Source: Chiloscyllium plagiosum
Taxonomy: Eukaryota
Direction: 5' to 3'
DNA: 64,000 bases
NCBI RefSeq assembly: GCF_004010195.1
Contig: NC_057718.1
Location: forward strand, 63,078,225 to 63,142,224
Positions 26,101-41,100 of this stretch are shown piece by piece; position 1 is the stretch's first letter, and every line of letters begins with the position of its first letter. A program made the position numbers and the translations under genes. The notes under the pieces were generated by a model. That model had not been told where the DNA came from. It worked only from the letters and a program-made list of their open reading frames with translations, and searched no databases.

Positions 26101-29100
26101 GTACCAAATTTTAATTTAAAAACCTTTTATTTCCAACTTAAAATCCATGCATGATTTTTGTAATTCCCGTAGCTCAACACATGTCTGGGTATGCTATTTT
26201 CTACCTATATTTAAAGTCTGTAAATACAGGATCCTTGTATCCAATGAACCGTTTACCTTACCTTGTTAATCATATTTAAAGTGCATTCGAAGACAGCATC
26301 AAATATCTGAGGAATTTCAGAAGTAATATGTCCACCCAGTTTATTCACAATGGTTGCCATGGTGCTAAGTACTTCTGGTTCTCTAGCAGCTGGCACATTC
26401 CTCTGGTAATCAATAAGCACTGCATCCAGCAATGGAGGAACAAAATTTTCGCCTACCTACAATGATCAACATTGTAAAAATTAACTTTTTGCACAAGAAT
26501 AGGACAGTTTAAACAGTAATAATTCTTGAAAATAATCAGTAGTCAAGTCTTATCTCCACCCTAGCTTGTCAAACAAACAATTTTTTTGTTATGATTGTTA
26601 CATAGAGAAAAATCCTATGAAATTGCAAAAAGAACCTCAGTATGGCATTGAAAGCGTTTACATCAACCTCCTCCAATAGAAGATCCAATGTTAAATGACT
26701 ACATTTAACCTCTAAACAGTAGTTTTCATTGTGATGACTTATAATGTTAAATGTACTGCAGCATACTTCTTCTATAATACCATAGATGTTGGTATCAATC
26801 TGTTACATTAGGCCATAAAGTCTGGGCAAACTCAATAGTGTGTACACAGTTACAGACTTTAACTACCAAACGCCGCTGTAGAGGTATTCTGAGATTCTCC
26901 ACCACCTAAGCCTGTCAGCCATTTATATAAATGGAGTGATTAGCATGATATACATGCATGGCAATATCAGCTACTTGTGATAGATGTCCCTGAGCCAAAC
27001 TGAATTTGCACACATGTGGCTGATTTCACTATGTTCTGTGCAATAATCTCACATTGGTTGTTTATGTACACCTCCTGAGGTTCAAATTCTGAGTGCACCA
27101 ACTGTTTAGCTGAGGACAGACAGTACAGGCTCAATTTGGATTGGGGAAGTAAGGAGGGGAATGGAGTGCTGACAGCACCGAGGACTTTCCACCAATCTGG
27201 CATTCAGCGATCACTATTTCACTGAATGCCAGAAGGTTGGTTAAATAGTCCAATCCTGTCGACAGAATGCATCAGTCACTCGGTAATGGCATAGCACTGC
27301 CATGTAGAATTTATGCCTGTGCTCCTTTCACCACCTAGAAGCTGGGTTCTCTTGGCACCAGTTTACACCTCTCACTTCAGCTATCCTGGCTGATTAAACT
27401 CCCCTACTGGCTGTTTCTTTCCTTTTGTACAGTTCCTCATTATAGCCAGTTGAAACTTTATTGCTGGAACAGCACAGCAGGTCAGGCTGCATCCAGGGAA
27501 CAGGAGATTTGACGTTTCGGGCACAGGCCCTTCTTCAGGAATCCTCATTATAGCCAACCTTGAATTAAAACTTGGCTAATGGTAACAATTCCTGCATCAT
27601 TACTGAAAATATAACAGAAACACAAGTTTCACAACCACTCCTGCACCGCATGTGAAAAATGATCAGCTTTCCTTTGTATCTGAATTGTAAGTGAATATCA
27701 ATACCCAATCATACGCAACTTGAAAAGACAATGCATGATTTAAAAAAAAAAATTTCAGGATTAAGATAATCAGATTTTGAGTTACAGTCCCAAAGAAATG
27801 AGGGGTGATTTGTTGCTGACAAGAAACTAATTGCAGTTGAAGATGCAAAAGGAATGTAATCATAGCCAAGTCATGCTTAAACAATGCACACATTTTCAAC
27901 TTTACTGACATTTGAGACACATGAAGAGGCCAAACCAAAAAGGTTCACTTCAATCTCAAGATCTTTATGGCCAAAGTAAAAAAAAGTAGAATAGAATAAC
28001 ATTAGGCTGACCAATAATCCTAAGCATTCCCGGTCACTCCCACCATCCTGATCAGCTGAAATTTGCAGCCTGAAATTTCACTCCTTGAATCAAACAAATG
28101 ATTCAAGCTCAAGCCCAGCATTCCTCACTGCCCTCAAAATGATATCCAGACTCAGGCTGAGACCCAGACAACTCTTGCCTCAACTTGGCTAAATCATGGA
28201 CCCAGTCCCAACTGACACATTCCTCACTCAAGTGAGCAGAGTAATAGCTTCTCAGAACTTGCTTCATCATAGTCATACTCTCCTTCATGCTGCGGGAACA
28301 GCCAGAAATACAGATTTCCTCTGCCCCACTCTTGGCCTATTCAATCATTGATTTTGTCTCAACGGGTAGCAAAACTGGGAGAGGGAAACTACGAATGGAG
28401 GAACAGCTCTTCTCAGATCCTGCTCATGTGTAGGGACCTATTGCTCTGATTGGTTATCCTCATGATTCATATCATAGAACACAGAACAATACAGTGCAGA
28501 ACAGGCCCTTCAGCCCTCAATATTGCGCCGACCTGTGAACTATTCTCAGCTCATCCCCCTACACTATCCCAAAATCATCCATGTGCTTATCTAAGGATTG
28601 TTTAAATCTCCCTAATGTGGCTGAGTTGACTACATTAGCAGGTAGGGCATTCCATGCCCTTTACCACTCTGCATAAAGAACCTGCCTCTGATATCTGTCT
28701 TAAATCTATCACCCCTCAATTTGTAGTTATGCCACCTCGTACAAGCTGACGTAGTCATCCTTGGAAAGACACTTTCACTGTCAACCCTATCCAATCCTAT
28801 GATCATCTTGTATGTCTCTATCAAATCCCCTCTTAGCCTTCTTCTTTCCAATGAGAACAGACCCAAGTGTCTTAGCCTTTCCTCCTAAGACCTTCCCTCC
28901 AGACCAGACAACATCTTGGTAAATCTCCTCTGCACCTTTTCCAATGCTTCCACATCCTTCCCAAAATATGGGGACCAGAACTGTACACAATATTCCAAGT
29001 GTGGTCTCACCAGCATTTTGTATAGTTACAGCATGATTTTGCCGCTCCGGAACTCAATCCCTCTACGAATGAAACCTAACACATCGTATGCCTTCTTAAC

Positions 29101-32100
29101 AGCACTATCCACCTGGGTGGCAACTTTCAGGGATCTATGTATATGGACTCCAAGACCTCTCTGCACATCCAAACTACCAAGAATCCTTCCATTGACCCAG
29201 TACTCTGCCTTCCTGTTATTCTTCCCAAAGTGCACCACCTCACATTTAGCTGCATTGAACTCCATTTTTCACCTCTCAGCCCAAGTTTGCAGTTTATCTA
29301 AGTCCCCCTGCAACCTGTAACATTCTTCCAAACTGTCCACTACTCCACCAACTTTAGTGTCGTCTGAAAATTTACTAACCCATCCACCTATGCCTGCTTC
29401 TAAGTCAATTATAAAAATGACAAACAGCAGTGGTCCCAAAACAGATCCTTGTGGCACACCACTAGTAACCGGACTCCAGACTGAATATTTTCCATCATCA
29501 ACCACCACTCGCTGCCTTCTTTCAGAAAGCCAGTTTCTAATCCAAAATGCTAAATCACCCTCAATTCCATGCCTCTGCATTTTCTCCATCAGCCTACCAT
29601 GTGGAACCTTATCAAAGGATTTACTGAAATCCATGTATACCACGTCAATTGCCCTACCCTCACCTACATGCTTGGTCGCCTTCTCAAAAAACTCAATGAG
29701 GTTTGTGAGACACGACCTGTCCTTGACGAAACCATGTTGACTATCTGAAATCAAACTGTCGCTTGCTCGATGATTATAAGTCTTATCTCTTACAATCCTT
29801 TCCTACAACAGAAGTAAGGCTCACTGGTCTATAATTACCTGGGTCACCTCTACTGCCCTTCTTGAACAAGGGCACAACATTTGCAATCCTCCAGTCCTCT
29901 GGTACTAAACTTGTAGACAACAACGACTCAAATATCAAAGCCAAAGGCTCTATCACCTCCCTAGCTTCCCAGAGAATACTCGGATAAATCCCATCCAGCC
30001 AAGGGGACTTGTCTACTTTCACTCCTTCTAGAATTGACAACACCTGTTCGTAACTAACCTCTATCCTTTCTAGTCTAATATCCTGTACTCATTCTTCTCC
30101 TCTACAATAGTCTCCTGTTCCCGAGTGAAAACCAATGAGAAATATTCATTTAGCACCTCTCAGATCTCCACAAGGTCCACACTCAACTTCCCACTTCTGT
30201 CTTTGATTGGTCCTATTCCCACCCCAATCATCCTTTTATTCCTCACATATCTATAGAAAGCTTTAGGGTTCTCTTTTATTCTATTTGCTAAAGACTGCTC
30301 GTGTCCTCTCTTTGCTCTTCTTAACTCTCTCTTTAAATCTTTCCTAGCTGATCTGTAACTCTTCATCGCCTCATCTGAACCATCTTACCTCATCAACACA
30401 TACAGAAATTCTTCTTAACAAGAGATGTAATTTCTGTAGTAAACCACAGTTCCCTTACCTTATCACTTCCTCCCTGCCTGACAGGGACATACCTATCAAG
30501 GACACACTATCTGTTCCTTAAACCAGCTCCACATTACCATTATCTGCATCCCCTGCATTTTGCTACCCCATTTTATGCATCCTAATTTTTGCCTAATCGC
30601 ATTATAATTGCCCTTGCCCCATCGATGACTCATGACCTGTAGCACGTACCTATTCCTTTCCATTGCTAAACTAAACGTAACCGAATTATGGTCACTCTCT
30701 CCAAAGTGCTCACCTACAACTAAATCAAACACCTGGCCTGGTTCATTACCAAGCACCACATCCAGTGTGGCCTCTCCTCTTGTCAGCCCTTCGACATACT
30801 GTGTCAGGAAACCCTCCTGCACACATTGGACAAAAACTGATCCATCCGACATACTACAGTTATAGCGTTTCCAGTCAATGTTGGGGAAATTAAGGTCCTT
30901 TATAATGATCACCCTGTTCCTTTCACTCCTACCCAGAATAAATTTTGCTAATCCTCTCTTCCACCTCCCTGGAACTCTGCGGAGGCCTATAAAAACTCCA
31001 AGCAGTGTGACCTCTCCTCTCCTGTTTCTAACCTCAGCCCACACTACCTCAGTAGATGAGTCCTCATCAAAAGTTCTCTCAGCCACCGTTATACTATCCT
31101 TGACTAACAAGGCCACGCCTCCTCTTTTACTGCTTTGCCTGTTCTTAATGAAAGATCGAAACCTTGGAACCTGCAAAATCCATTCCTCACCCTGCTCTAT
31201 CCATGTCTCCGAAATGGCCATAACATCGAAGTCCCAGGTACCTATCCATGCTTCAATCCTCGCCTCCTGCCCCATCCCAGGGTTTTCAGGAAAAGCATTC
31301 ATCTGTCACCACAATGTATTTTGACACTCACCCCCCAACACAATTTTAGTCTGCTTGCCCTTGAAACTAAAACTGCAACTGTCAAAGTATTTTATGACAA
31401 AAATTGGGAATGTGATTAATTGATTCGGTTTACAGACAACATAGAAATAGTTGGCAGATGAAATGGAATATGAAAGAATGAGGTGAGGGAGATGTATAGC
31501 AAGTTAATTTATATATATTTTAATATCACACTGTAGAATTAGAATTTTGAAGTAGATTTGAACTAGATTTTAGTCTGTGCATATAAAAAGGGGATGAAGG
31601 AGAGGTGGGGGTGGGAGGATAGGGCAAGAGCAGGTGCCGAGCACATGGTGGTGATGGGTGGGTGGAAGAAGAAAATTTACTTGCAATGCAGAGGTTTCTA
31701 TGAGCTGACAGAATAAACAACAAACAGGATAATCTTGCTTTCAGTTAGAACGATCTGGAATTTTTTTTGCTGCGGCGGGAGGGAAACCCATAGCTTGGGA
31801 AAGGATTTCAGCTTGGAAAAGTACTGGTTGGCATTAGATGCAAGAAATAGTTTTCCAACCAGAGTTAAGTCATACAAGTTAAGAAATGGGTTACCCCAGT
31901 GTAAGGAGTTCAGTTGGCAAGTTCCAGATCAGAAAATGTTTGGTTAGAGGGGTTATTTGGAGCTTGGAAAAAAAACTCAGCTCAGTTGTATGAAACTCTA
32001 GAGGCTATTTTCAAGACTGGGAATTTAAAACTAGTTAAATCAAAACTACAGATACAATAGGAAAGAGACTTTTTCTCTCATATTATGAGAATTGTAAAGG

Positions 32101-35100
32101 GATGCTATTGGGGGTAGATGGAATATTATATTTTTAAACTATTTTGAAATCTTTCAAGTTGTGCTGTATGTAAACAGCTAGATTACATTTAATATTTTCC
32201 TCTGCATATAAAACCTGTTTTCTTATTAAATTATTTTTAAAAATATGATCTATCAAGCAAGATTTTAGTCTGGGATGAGAATTTTCCTGTAGTAAAATAA
32301 ACTGGGATCATAACAGGTGACAACTTCAGCAACGTATAGGTGAAATATAAAACCATAAAGGATAAAACATTGATTTCAGCTGTACAGAAAGAAAAGTTGG
32401 TAATCTATTTGGAGCGTGGGTTCAAAGACAAAGGGATCATAGTTACATAAGAAATAAAAGAACACCAAATTGCCTATCATAAGCTGCTCCTTCATTTATG
32501 GTTCCCACTCCACTTCTCTACAATTCCCTGGGACCAAAAATCTTTTTAACGCAGCCTTAAATATGTTCAGTGATGGCACATCCATAATACCCTGGGAGTG
32601 AAGAAGTCCATAGGGTTGGAAAGCTTTAGAATTCTCTATTTTTGAAATTCTAGATTTTCAATTGCTAAATATATACACAAGACAAGTCAGTGGAATAGTT
32701 TGGATGAAATGCAGAAAATACAAGTGGTAGGGCATTCAGCCCTTCAAGCTTGGCCCACCATTCAATACATTGGCTGATCATCTAATTCAGTACCCTGTTC
32801 CTGCTTTCTCCCCGTACTCTTAATCCAAGTCTTTGAAATCAATGTTTTGGCCCCAACAGCTTTCGGAGAGAGTGAATTCCAAGGCACACCACTCTGAATG
32901 AAGGAATTTCTCATCTCAGTCCAAAACAGCCTACTCCATAACCTTAAACTGTCAATCTGATCCTGGACTCCCCAGTCATCAGGAATATCTTTCCTGCATT
33001 TCTTCCATCTAGCTCTGAGAACTGCATAGGTTTCAAAGAGAGCACCCATCCCCATTCTTTCAAACTTCAGTGAATATAGTCCCAACAGATCCAGCCCCTC
33101 TTCATAACTCAGTCCAGCCATCCCAAGAATCAGTCTGGTAACAGTTGTTGTACTGCCTCTATAGCCATATGGTTCTTCTTCAGATAAGGAGAACAGAGCT
33201 GCACACAGATCCAGGTGAGATCTTACCAAGGCCCTGTACAACTGCAGCAAGACATTTTGCTCATGCACTCAAATCCTCTTCATATACAGGCCATGTGTCT
33301 TTCTCACTGACTGCTGCAGGACAGAGGTCTCATTGCAACTCTCCCTTTCTTAATCTATTGTCATTCAGGTAATAACATACCTTCCTGTTTTTGCTACCAA
33401 AGTGGATAACCTCACGTTTATCCACACATTCACTACATTTTCCCATTCATTCAACTTGAGTCACACTGGAATATCTCTGCACCCTCCTCACAGCTCAGTC
33501 TTCAACCCTGCTTTTGTCATCTACAAACTCATCTAAATTATTAATATATATTGAGAATAGCTGGGGTGCAAGCATTGTTCCCTATGATATTCCAGCTCGT
33601 CCCTGGTCACCACTGAGAAAAAAGATCTTTGTATGCCTACTCTTTTTCAGTCTGCCAACCATTTCTCTATCCATGTTCAGTACACCATTCCCAAAGCCAC
33701 GTGCTTTAATTTTCCTTGCTAATCTCTTAAATGGGACTTAATCAAAAGCTTTTTTAAAGTCACAAGTAAACAACATCCATTGGCTCCCCGTATCAACTTT
33801 CCTACTTATAGCCTCGAAAACTTCCAGTAGATTAGTCAAGTATGATTTCCTTTAATTAAATCCATGCTGACTTTGTCCAATCCTGTCAGTGTTTTGCACT
33901 GAAACCTTTGGCCCCACAACCGATGATGTCTGGCCAATCGACTTACAATTCCACTTGCTCTCTATCGTCTTTTAAAATAATGGGGTTAAATTAGCTGTCC
34001 TTCAAATAGTCAGAATCTACAAATTAGCTGTTTTTCTATACAGATGCTGCCAGGTTTGTTGAATATTTCTAATAGGGACTATTTTATTCTTCGAGGAGAA
34101 AGTGAGGTCTGCAGATGCTGGAGATCAAAGTTGAAACTTTATTGCTGGAACAGCACAGCAGGTCAGGCAGCATCCAGGGAACAGGAGATTCGACGTTTCG
34201 GGCACAGGCCCTTCTTCAGGATTCCTGAAGAAGGGCCTGTGCCCGAAACGTCGAATCTCCTGTTCCCTGGATGCTGCCTGACCTGCTGTGCTGTTCCAGC
34301 AATAAAGTTTCAACTATTTTATTCTTTCACAGCAAAGGGAAAAAAACATTTTTGTTTTTATTTCAACTAACGCTAAGTCCCAATGGACAAAATTACCAGA
34401 AACCATTTAAGTATAAATGTAAAAAGCTAGGAGCTGATTAGAACAAGTTAACATGTTTCTGTAAAAAGCAGATAATATATAATCAAAAGGCAAGGAAGAA
34501 ATAATGTCTAGTAAGCTCAGAGCATAACAAGGTCGACAATACAAATTTCAAACGAATTATGTGGGTTGATGCACAGTCATTCAAGTTCAAAGGTTGAGAC
34601 TGCAAATGGAGGATAGGTGAACAAAGGGATTTAATATTTATTAAGTTTAGAAAGTGGAAGCATGGTCATCACAGAGGTATGATGTTTCTTCATGTGGGGG
34701 AAATCTAGAACATGAGGCAATTGTTTTAAATCTGCTACCCATTATCCTAGAACAGAGATGAGGAGAAATTACTTCTTTCAAAGAATCGTACATATGTGGA
34801 ATTAACTATCCTAAAGTGTGATGGATGCTGGGACATGGAGTATATCTGAGTTGATGGGCAGATTTTTTAATTCTTAAGGGGTTGAAAGGTTATGGAGAGT
34901 GACATTGGTGCCTAGAGGAGATCAACCATTACTGTACCAAATGGCGGAGCTGGCATGAGGGTCTGAACTGCCTCCTAATTCTTATGAAAAGAAAGTCAAG
35001 GATGAGGAGCGTCAAAAGGTGTGGCGGTAGAAAAGCGCAGCCAGTCAGGCATCGGCCCAGTCAACGTTTAAGCATAAGCTTGAAGAGGAGCTTGGACTCG

Positions 35101-38100
35101 AAACATCGACTCCCCTGCTCCTCAGATACAGCCTGACCAGCTGTGTTTTTCCAGCGCCACACTTTGTGACTCTGATCGCTAGCATCTGCAGTCCTCACTT
35201 TCTCTAATGTGAAAGAGTGGTGGAAGGAAGGAAGAATGGAACGATTGAGGCAAGAAAAATACTTGGGATTTACAGCATCTTCACATAATGGTTACACATC
35301 CCAAGGTGCTTTAAAGCTGATGAATTTAGATGCACCATTGCATAAGTTAGGGAAACATGACAGCTAACTTCTTGCTGCAAAAGCCTCCAAACAGCAATAA
35401 TAACTGGATGATACTGTTTTAGAAAGTCAGAGAATAAATGGTGTTCGGGATATGGAAGTATTACTGACACTATACAGAATAATAGCTAGACCACTGACAA
35501 TTGGTCAAAAAGACCAACAGGTTGGCAGAGGTCAAATCTGAAATCAATTACAGCTACTCACAATAAAGGAAATTAGCTACAAGAAATTGGCTACAAGAAA
35601 TTGGATAACTTTGGAGAATATTCCCTTGAAAGTTGAGAGAGTTGAAGGCAAATCTAGAAAACAATGCTAAAATGAGACAACGTAGATGGAAGTCAACATT
35701 TCAATGAATGGAACTTTAACATAAAAGACAAAGCTCTTCAGACTAGAGTGAGATACCCCATAAACACAGATACACAATCAACAGCAAATCTAATAAAACT
35801 TGCTGAAGTATGGGCTTTAAAAAAAGGACAGGGACAAAGATATATGGTCGACGAATAGAGAAGTTAGGCTTAATTGGCAACAATCAACTTAGAAATAAGA
35901 TGGTTTGAAAATATCAAATAAGAAAGATCGCTTGCACAAGAATGCTTCAACATGGACAAATGGAGTCAAAGCTCAGTAACGTACAAAATCAGTTCCAGAC
36001 TGTCAACACCTCATCGGGAATCATGTGATCACTTGATAACTTATAGTAGCCAAAAGTAAAACCACAGCAGGATTACAATTCTAACACTTGCAGAGGATAA
36101 AAATAGAAATTGCCAAGAAGGCTCAGCAGGTCTGGCAGCATCTATAAAGAGACAGAGTTAATGTTTCAGATCAAGTGACCCTTCCTCAGAAGGAGATCAC
36201 CCCTTTAGCTTTAAAAATTAGGACTGGCATTCGGATAAAATGAAGTGCTAAAGCATTTAACAGTCTACTACAACTATACAGCTCTGAACAAGTTTCTTTT
36301 GAATTGGAAAAACTTACTCCATTTCTGCCCTCACAGATATTGTCAGAACAGAGTTTCTCCAACACTTTTATATCAGATCTCCTGCAGTACTTTGCTCTTT
36401 TGCTACAAAATACCATTGTGTAGTACCAAACGTCTCTCTTGGCCATGAACCAAAATAAAATCAACATTTTCTACACCACCCCCACCACTATTCTTCAGGT
36501 GTAAGGTAGAATGACGAGAATAGAAAATTTTGTGCTGGGTGTTAAGAGTAGAAGATACACATAACATGATGGAGTAGAGATTTAATCAGGCATTCTTGAT
36601 CAGTTCAAGAAAACACTGGACAACCCAACACAAACTCTGTATCAAAAAAGAAATTAACACTTTATTCCTCCACATTCAAGTTCCTATTTATCCATCACTT
36701 ACCATCTGTGGATCATTGGATCGGCTCACCCAACCGGAAATAAGCTTCAGGGTTTCCCTTTTTACTGTGCGCATACTTCTGATCAGGGGCTGTTTTGTAA
36801 CGACATCACCTACAATATAACAGATATCAATGAAAATATAACATACCTTGCTGAGAGCCATTTCTTTTTCTAACCAACACACCTAGTTTGTAATGAATTT
36901 TCACATGACATTTCTATTCAGGGTGAAATCACAGTTGTAAGTTCCCCAACAAAATTTAATAAAAAACAAACCAAAATGTACAAACTCTGATCATTCGATT
37001 GAAATTGTACCAACATATATTTAATTCACATTGGAGATTAGTAAATTACAAGGATCAGAGATAACATACTTCATCATAGAGTAATACAGCATGGAAAGGG
37101 GCCCTTTGGCCTAAACGGGTCCATGCTGACCATGGTGCCCACTCAGCTAATTCCAAATGCCCGCATTTGGCCCATATCACACTAAACCCTTCTCATCCAT
37201 GTACCAATCCACACTTTAAACAAAATGTTGCTATTGTACCTGCCTCAACCATTTTCTCTGGCAGCCCATTCCACATACCATATGCACCACTCTCTGCGGG
37301 AAGTTGCCGCCCTTCAGGTCCTCCTTAAATCTTTCCCCTCTCACTTTAAATCTATGCCCTCTAGTTTTCCATTCCGTGTGCCTGGGAAAACTATTATGTG
37401 CATTCATTCTATGCTACTCGTAATTTTGTACACCTCAATAAAGGTCAGCCCTCATTCTCCCATGTTCCATGGAATCTAGTCCTACCCTGGCCAACCTCTC
37501 CTTCTAACTCAGGCCTACTAGTCCAGGCAACATCCTTGTAAATCTTCTTTGCACCCCTTCCAGTCTAAGTCTTTCCTATAACAGGGTGATCAAAACTATA
37601 CACAATGCTCCAAGTGCAGCCTCAACAACAACTTATATAACTGTAACAGAACATCCCAACTCCTATACTCAATGCCTCGACCAATAAAGGTTAGCACGCT
37701 TCTTCACCACCCTGTCTACCTGTGACGCCGCTTTTGAAGAACTATGTACTTGTACCCCTAGGTTCCTGTTCCACAACACTCCTCAGGACCGTATCCTTTA
37801 TTGTACAAGTCTTAGCTTAGTTTGACTTTCCAAAAAGTGTAACACCTCACACTTATCTATATTGAATTGCATTTGCCAATCCTCAGCTCACTTCCTCATC
37901 TGATCAAGATCTCTTTGTACTTTTTGATCTCCCTCACTACCAACGACACCTCCTAATTTTATATCATCCGCAAACTTACTAATCATAGCTTGCACATTCA
38001 AATCCAGATCACTTAAGTAACAAATAACAAAGATCCCAGCACTGACCCTTATGGCACATCACTAGTCACAGGCTTTCTGTCCAAGAAATAACCTTCAACC

Positions 38101-41100
38101 ATCATGCCAATTTTGAATCCAATTAGCCAGCTCTCCCTGGATCCCACGCAACCTAACCTTCATGACCAGCTGCTATGTGGGATCTTGTCAAAGGACTTAC
38201 TGAAATCCATATAGACAACATCCACTACCTTATCCTCTTAATTACCTCTTCAAAAAACCCCAAGATTTGTCAGACATGACTTCCCACGCACAAATCCATG
38301 CTGACTACCCCTAATCTGACCTTGACTATCCAAATGTACTTCAACAAACAAAATGCCCAATCATCCTCTCAAAACATTAAAGTTTGGAAAGCATTGTACT
38401 CTTGGCACTGGATCTTAATTAGTATTAACGCTAGTTGACAGAAATTTAAACTGTAATCTTGTTTTTAAGAGTAAACAATTCCAATATTCTGACAAGCATT
38501 TAAAAAGCAACTAACAAAGCCTTTAAGAAATCAAGCAATTTTCTTATTCATGCTCATTTAACTTGTAAAACAATTTATCTTACTATGAATCCATCATTTC
38601 ATATTAAACAAGCCTATTTTAGAAACACAAAATATTCAACCAACCATTTGTTTGAATTGCTGCTGAAATATTTTCACTGAGGCACTTGTATACATTCAAC
38701 ATATCCAGATATATTCGACCAAGCTGGATGACAAATGGGTGACCAACTGCTTTGCAAGCTCGAACATTAGTTTTCAGAATACTGCCAAGCTGTTTTACAG
38801 TTTCAGGATCCTTGAGAATGTCAACATTCTACAACAGAAAGGGGAAAAAAGAAATCAACTAATTGGTTTGTTCACTGGAGAAGTTCAGAAAGGAGATGCA
38901 CCACATTCATTTTTTTTTGTTAAAAGCAAAAAGTTGCTAGATCATTGCAATGCACACAGGACAAAACTACAGGATTTAAATAAGGTTGAGTAATACATAA
39001 ATGCTTCTAAATAATCAACACAATGGTCAAAAAACAATTTTGAAACAGAATTAGTCTGAAGGTTAATATATTCCTTAGAACTTATTTCTTCTTACAGAAC
39101 ACTGTTCAATGAATAATTCTGGAAGATGACGTTAGTTCCCATTATGATGGCTGTAAAACTATCAAACATTGTAAAACCCATTTGGTTCATTCATGTCCTT
39201 CAGGGAAAGCAATTTGCGACATGCCAAAATTGCTTACATGCAACTCAAGCCGACTCAACTACCCTCTGAAATGGTGAGCCACTCAAATCGAAGGATAATC
39301 AGGGACAGATAACAAATGCCAGTGATACCCACATCCCACAGCCAAATAAAATAAATGCTAAATGACCTCACCAATGCCCTGTCCATCCACATGACATCCC
39401 AACTCCTATACTCAATGCACTGACCAATGAAGGCAAGCGTGCCAAGTCTCCTTCACCACCCGCTATCTACCTGTAATGCCACTTTCGAAGAACTATGCAC
39501 CTGCATCCCTACGTGTTTTTGTTCAGCACCACTCTCCAGGGCCCTACCATTAATAGTACAAGTCCTGCCCTGCTCTCCCTTACCAAAATCCAACAACTCA
39601 CATTTATCTAAATAAATTCCATCTCCCAATCCTCAGCCCATCTGATCAAGATCCTGTTGTACTGAGATAATCTTCTTCACTATCCACTACACCAATTTTG
39701 GTGTCATCTGCAAACTCACTGACATAACGTCTATATTCACAAAGCAGTCTTTGGACTATGGGAGGAAAGTGGAGCACCTGGTGAAACCCATACAGACACA
39801 GAATCTGCAAATTCCACACAGACAGTGACCCAAGGCCAGAGCTGAACCTGGGCCCCTGGCACTGTGATGCTGCAGTAATGACCAGTAAGCCACCGTGCCA
39901 TCTATTGTGTGCCACTTCCATGAAGACATCTGTAATGGCACATAGACCACACTGACCACAACTGGTTTACCATAATAAATCAATGGTTGATATGAGTCTA
40001 GAAAAACATGAGTTCCACAAAAGAGAATTCAGTACAGAGGGCAGAAAACAGAAATAGTTCCAGTCTTTGTTGTTTTAGCAATTCTAATTACACTTTTCCG
40101 TAAACCTCTTTCTAACGTCCATAACTTTTGATAGGGGTCAAAATTGTTGTCAGGGACTCATGAGGAAAGCTCAATACAGAGGAACCTCCATTATCTAGCA
40201 TTCAATTATCCGAATATTGGATTATCCGGCAAGATTGCAAGGTCCCGATGCTTGGCTAAACTATGTAATCCAGTATTCAATTATCTGGAATTTGATTAGC
40301 TGAACGAAATACTCCCCGCCCACATCCTTCAGATAATCAACGTTCCTCTGTAAACACAGTTAGTAAAAGGAAACTGCAGTAACAGCATGGTGAAAAAAGG
40401 GAAACACTTTTTAAAATTTATGCAGAGTATGCCAATTACTCTGGTTTAAAAATGCAACTGGATTTCAAACAAAATCACACTTCCATGGCAAGAATTAAAA
40501 TGAGAAATTAAATAAATGATTATAAACTTTCCAATATTTAAACAAAAATCCATTACTTACTTTAGTTGCCTGCTGAATTATACTGTCCCAGACCTGATTT
40601 GGCAGCATCATATATTTTTCTATTAAATGTTCTTGAACAGCCTGGTCAGTCTGAGCACCTATCATATAACCAACCGCCTCATAAAACGTGTGAACCTATG
40701 GACAATGAAAATATAAACATTTAAAAACACTATTAAACCAACATATTCTAAAAAATAATTTGCATGTTAGCCTTTCAATCAACATCTAAATTTATTTTTT
40801 ATTTTCAAACCATTTTGTAGTCTTACCTGTTGTGGCTGAAGATCACAGATGATAGTATTTATATTATTCAGGATCTCATCAATGAATGGCATTACTTCAC
40901 CAACTTGGACCTGAACAAAGTGTCGACGACATTTTTGTGCAATTTTAATGAAAGTATCACAAGCCATATCTTGAACTCCATCATGGGTTTCTAAATTCAT
41001 AAGGTAAAATGAACATACTTTAAAAAAAAACTCTTTGACCCAAGGATTTTTTTTAACCATAAAAATGCTCAAATCTCAAAATTCAAATGCAATTTACTCA

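Noticed and set aside
30496..31302. 268-aa ORF as a possible domesticated endonuclease
   Set aside because: Frameshifted CR1 ORF2 fragment fused by chance to flanking DNA; the rest of ORF2 has stops and frameshifts
34044..34370. Mirror-image ORFs on both strands ([18 protein letters not shown]...)
   Set aside because: A consequence of the DNA palindrome, not a protein gene
38639..38644. Weak donors GTTGGT (here) and GTTTGT (17638-17643) as non-canonical introns
   Set aside because: Both are GT-AG with correct phase and lack the U12 GTATCCT consensus
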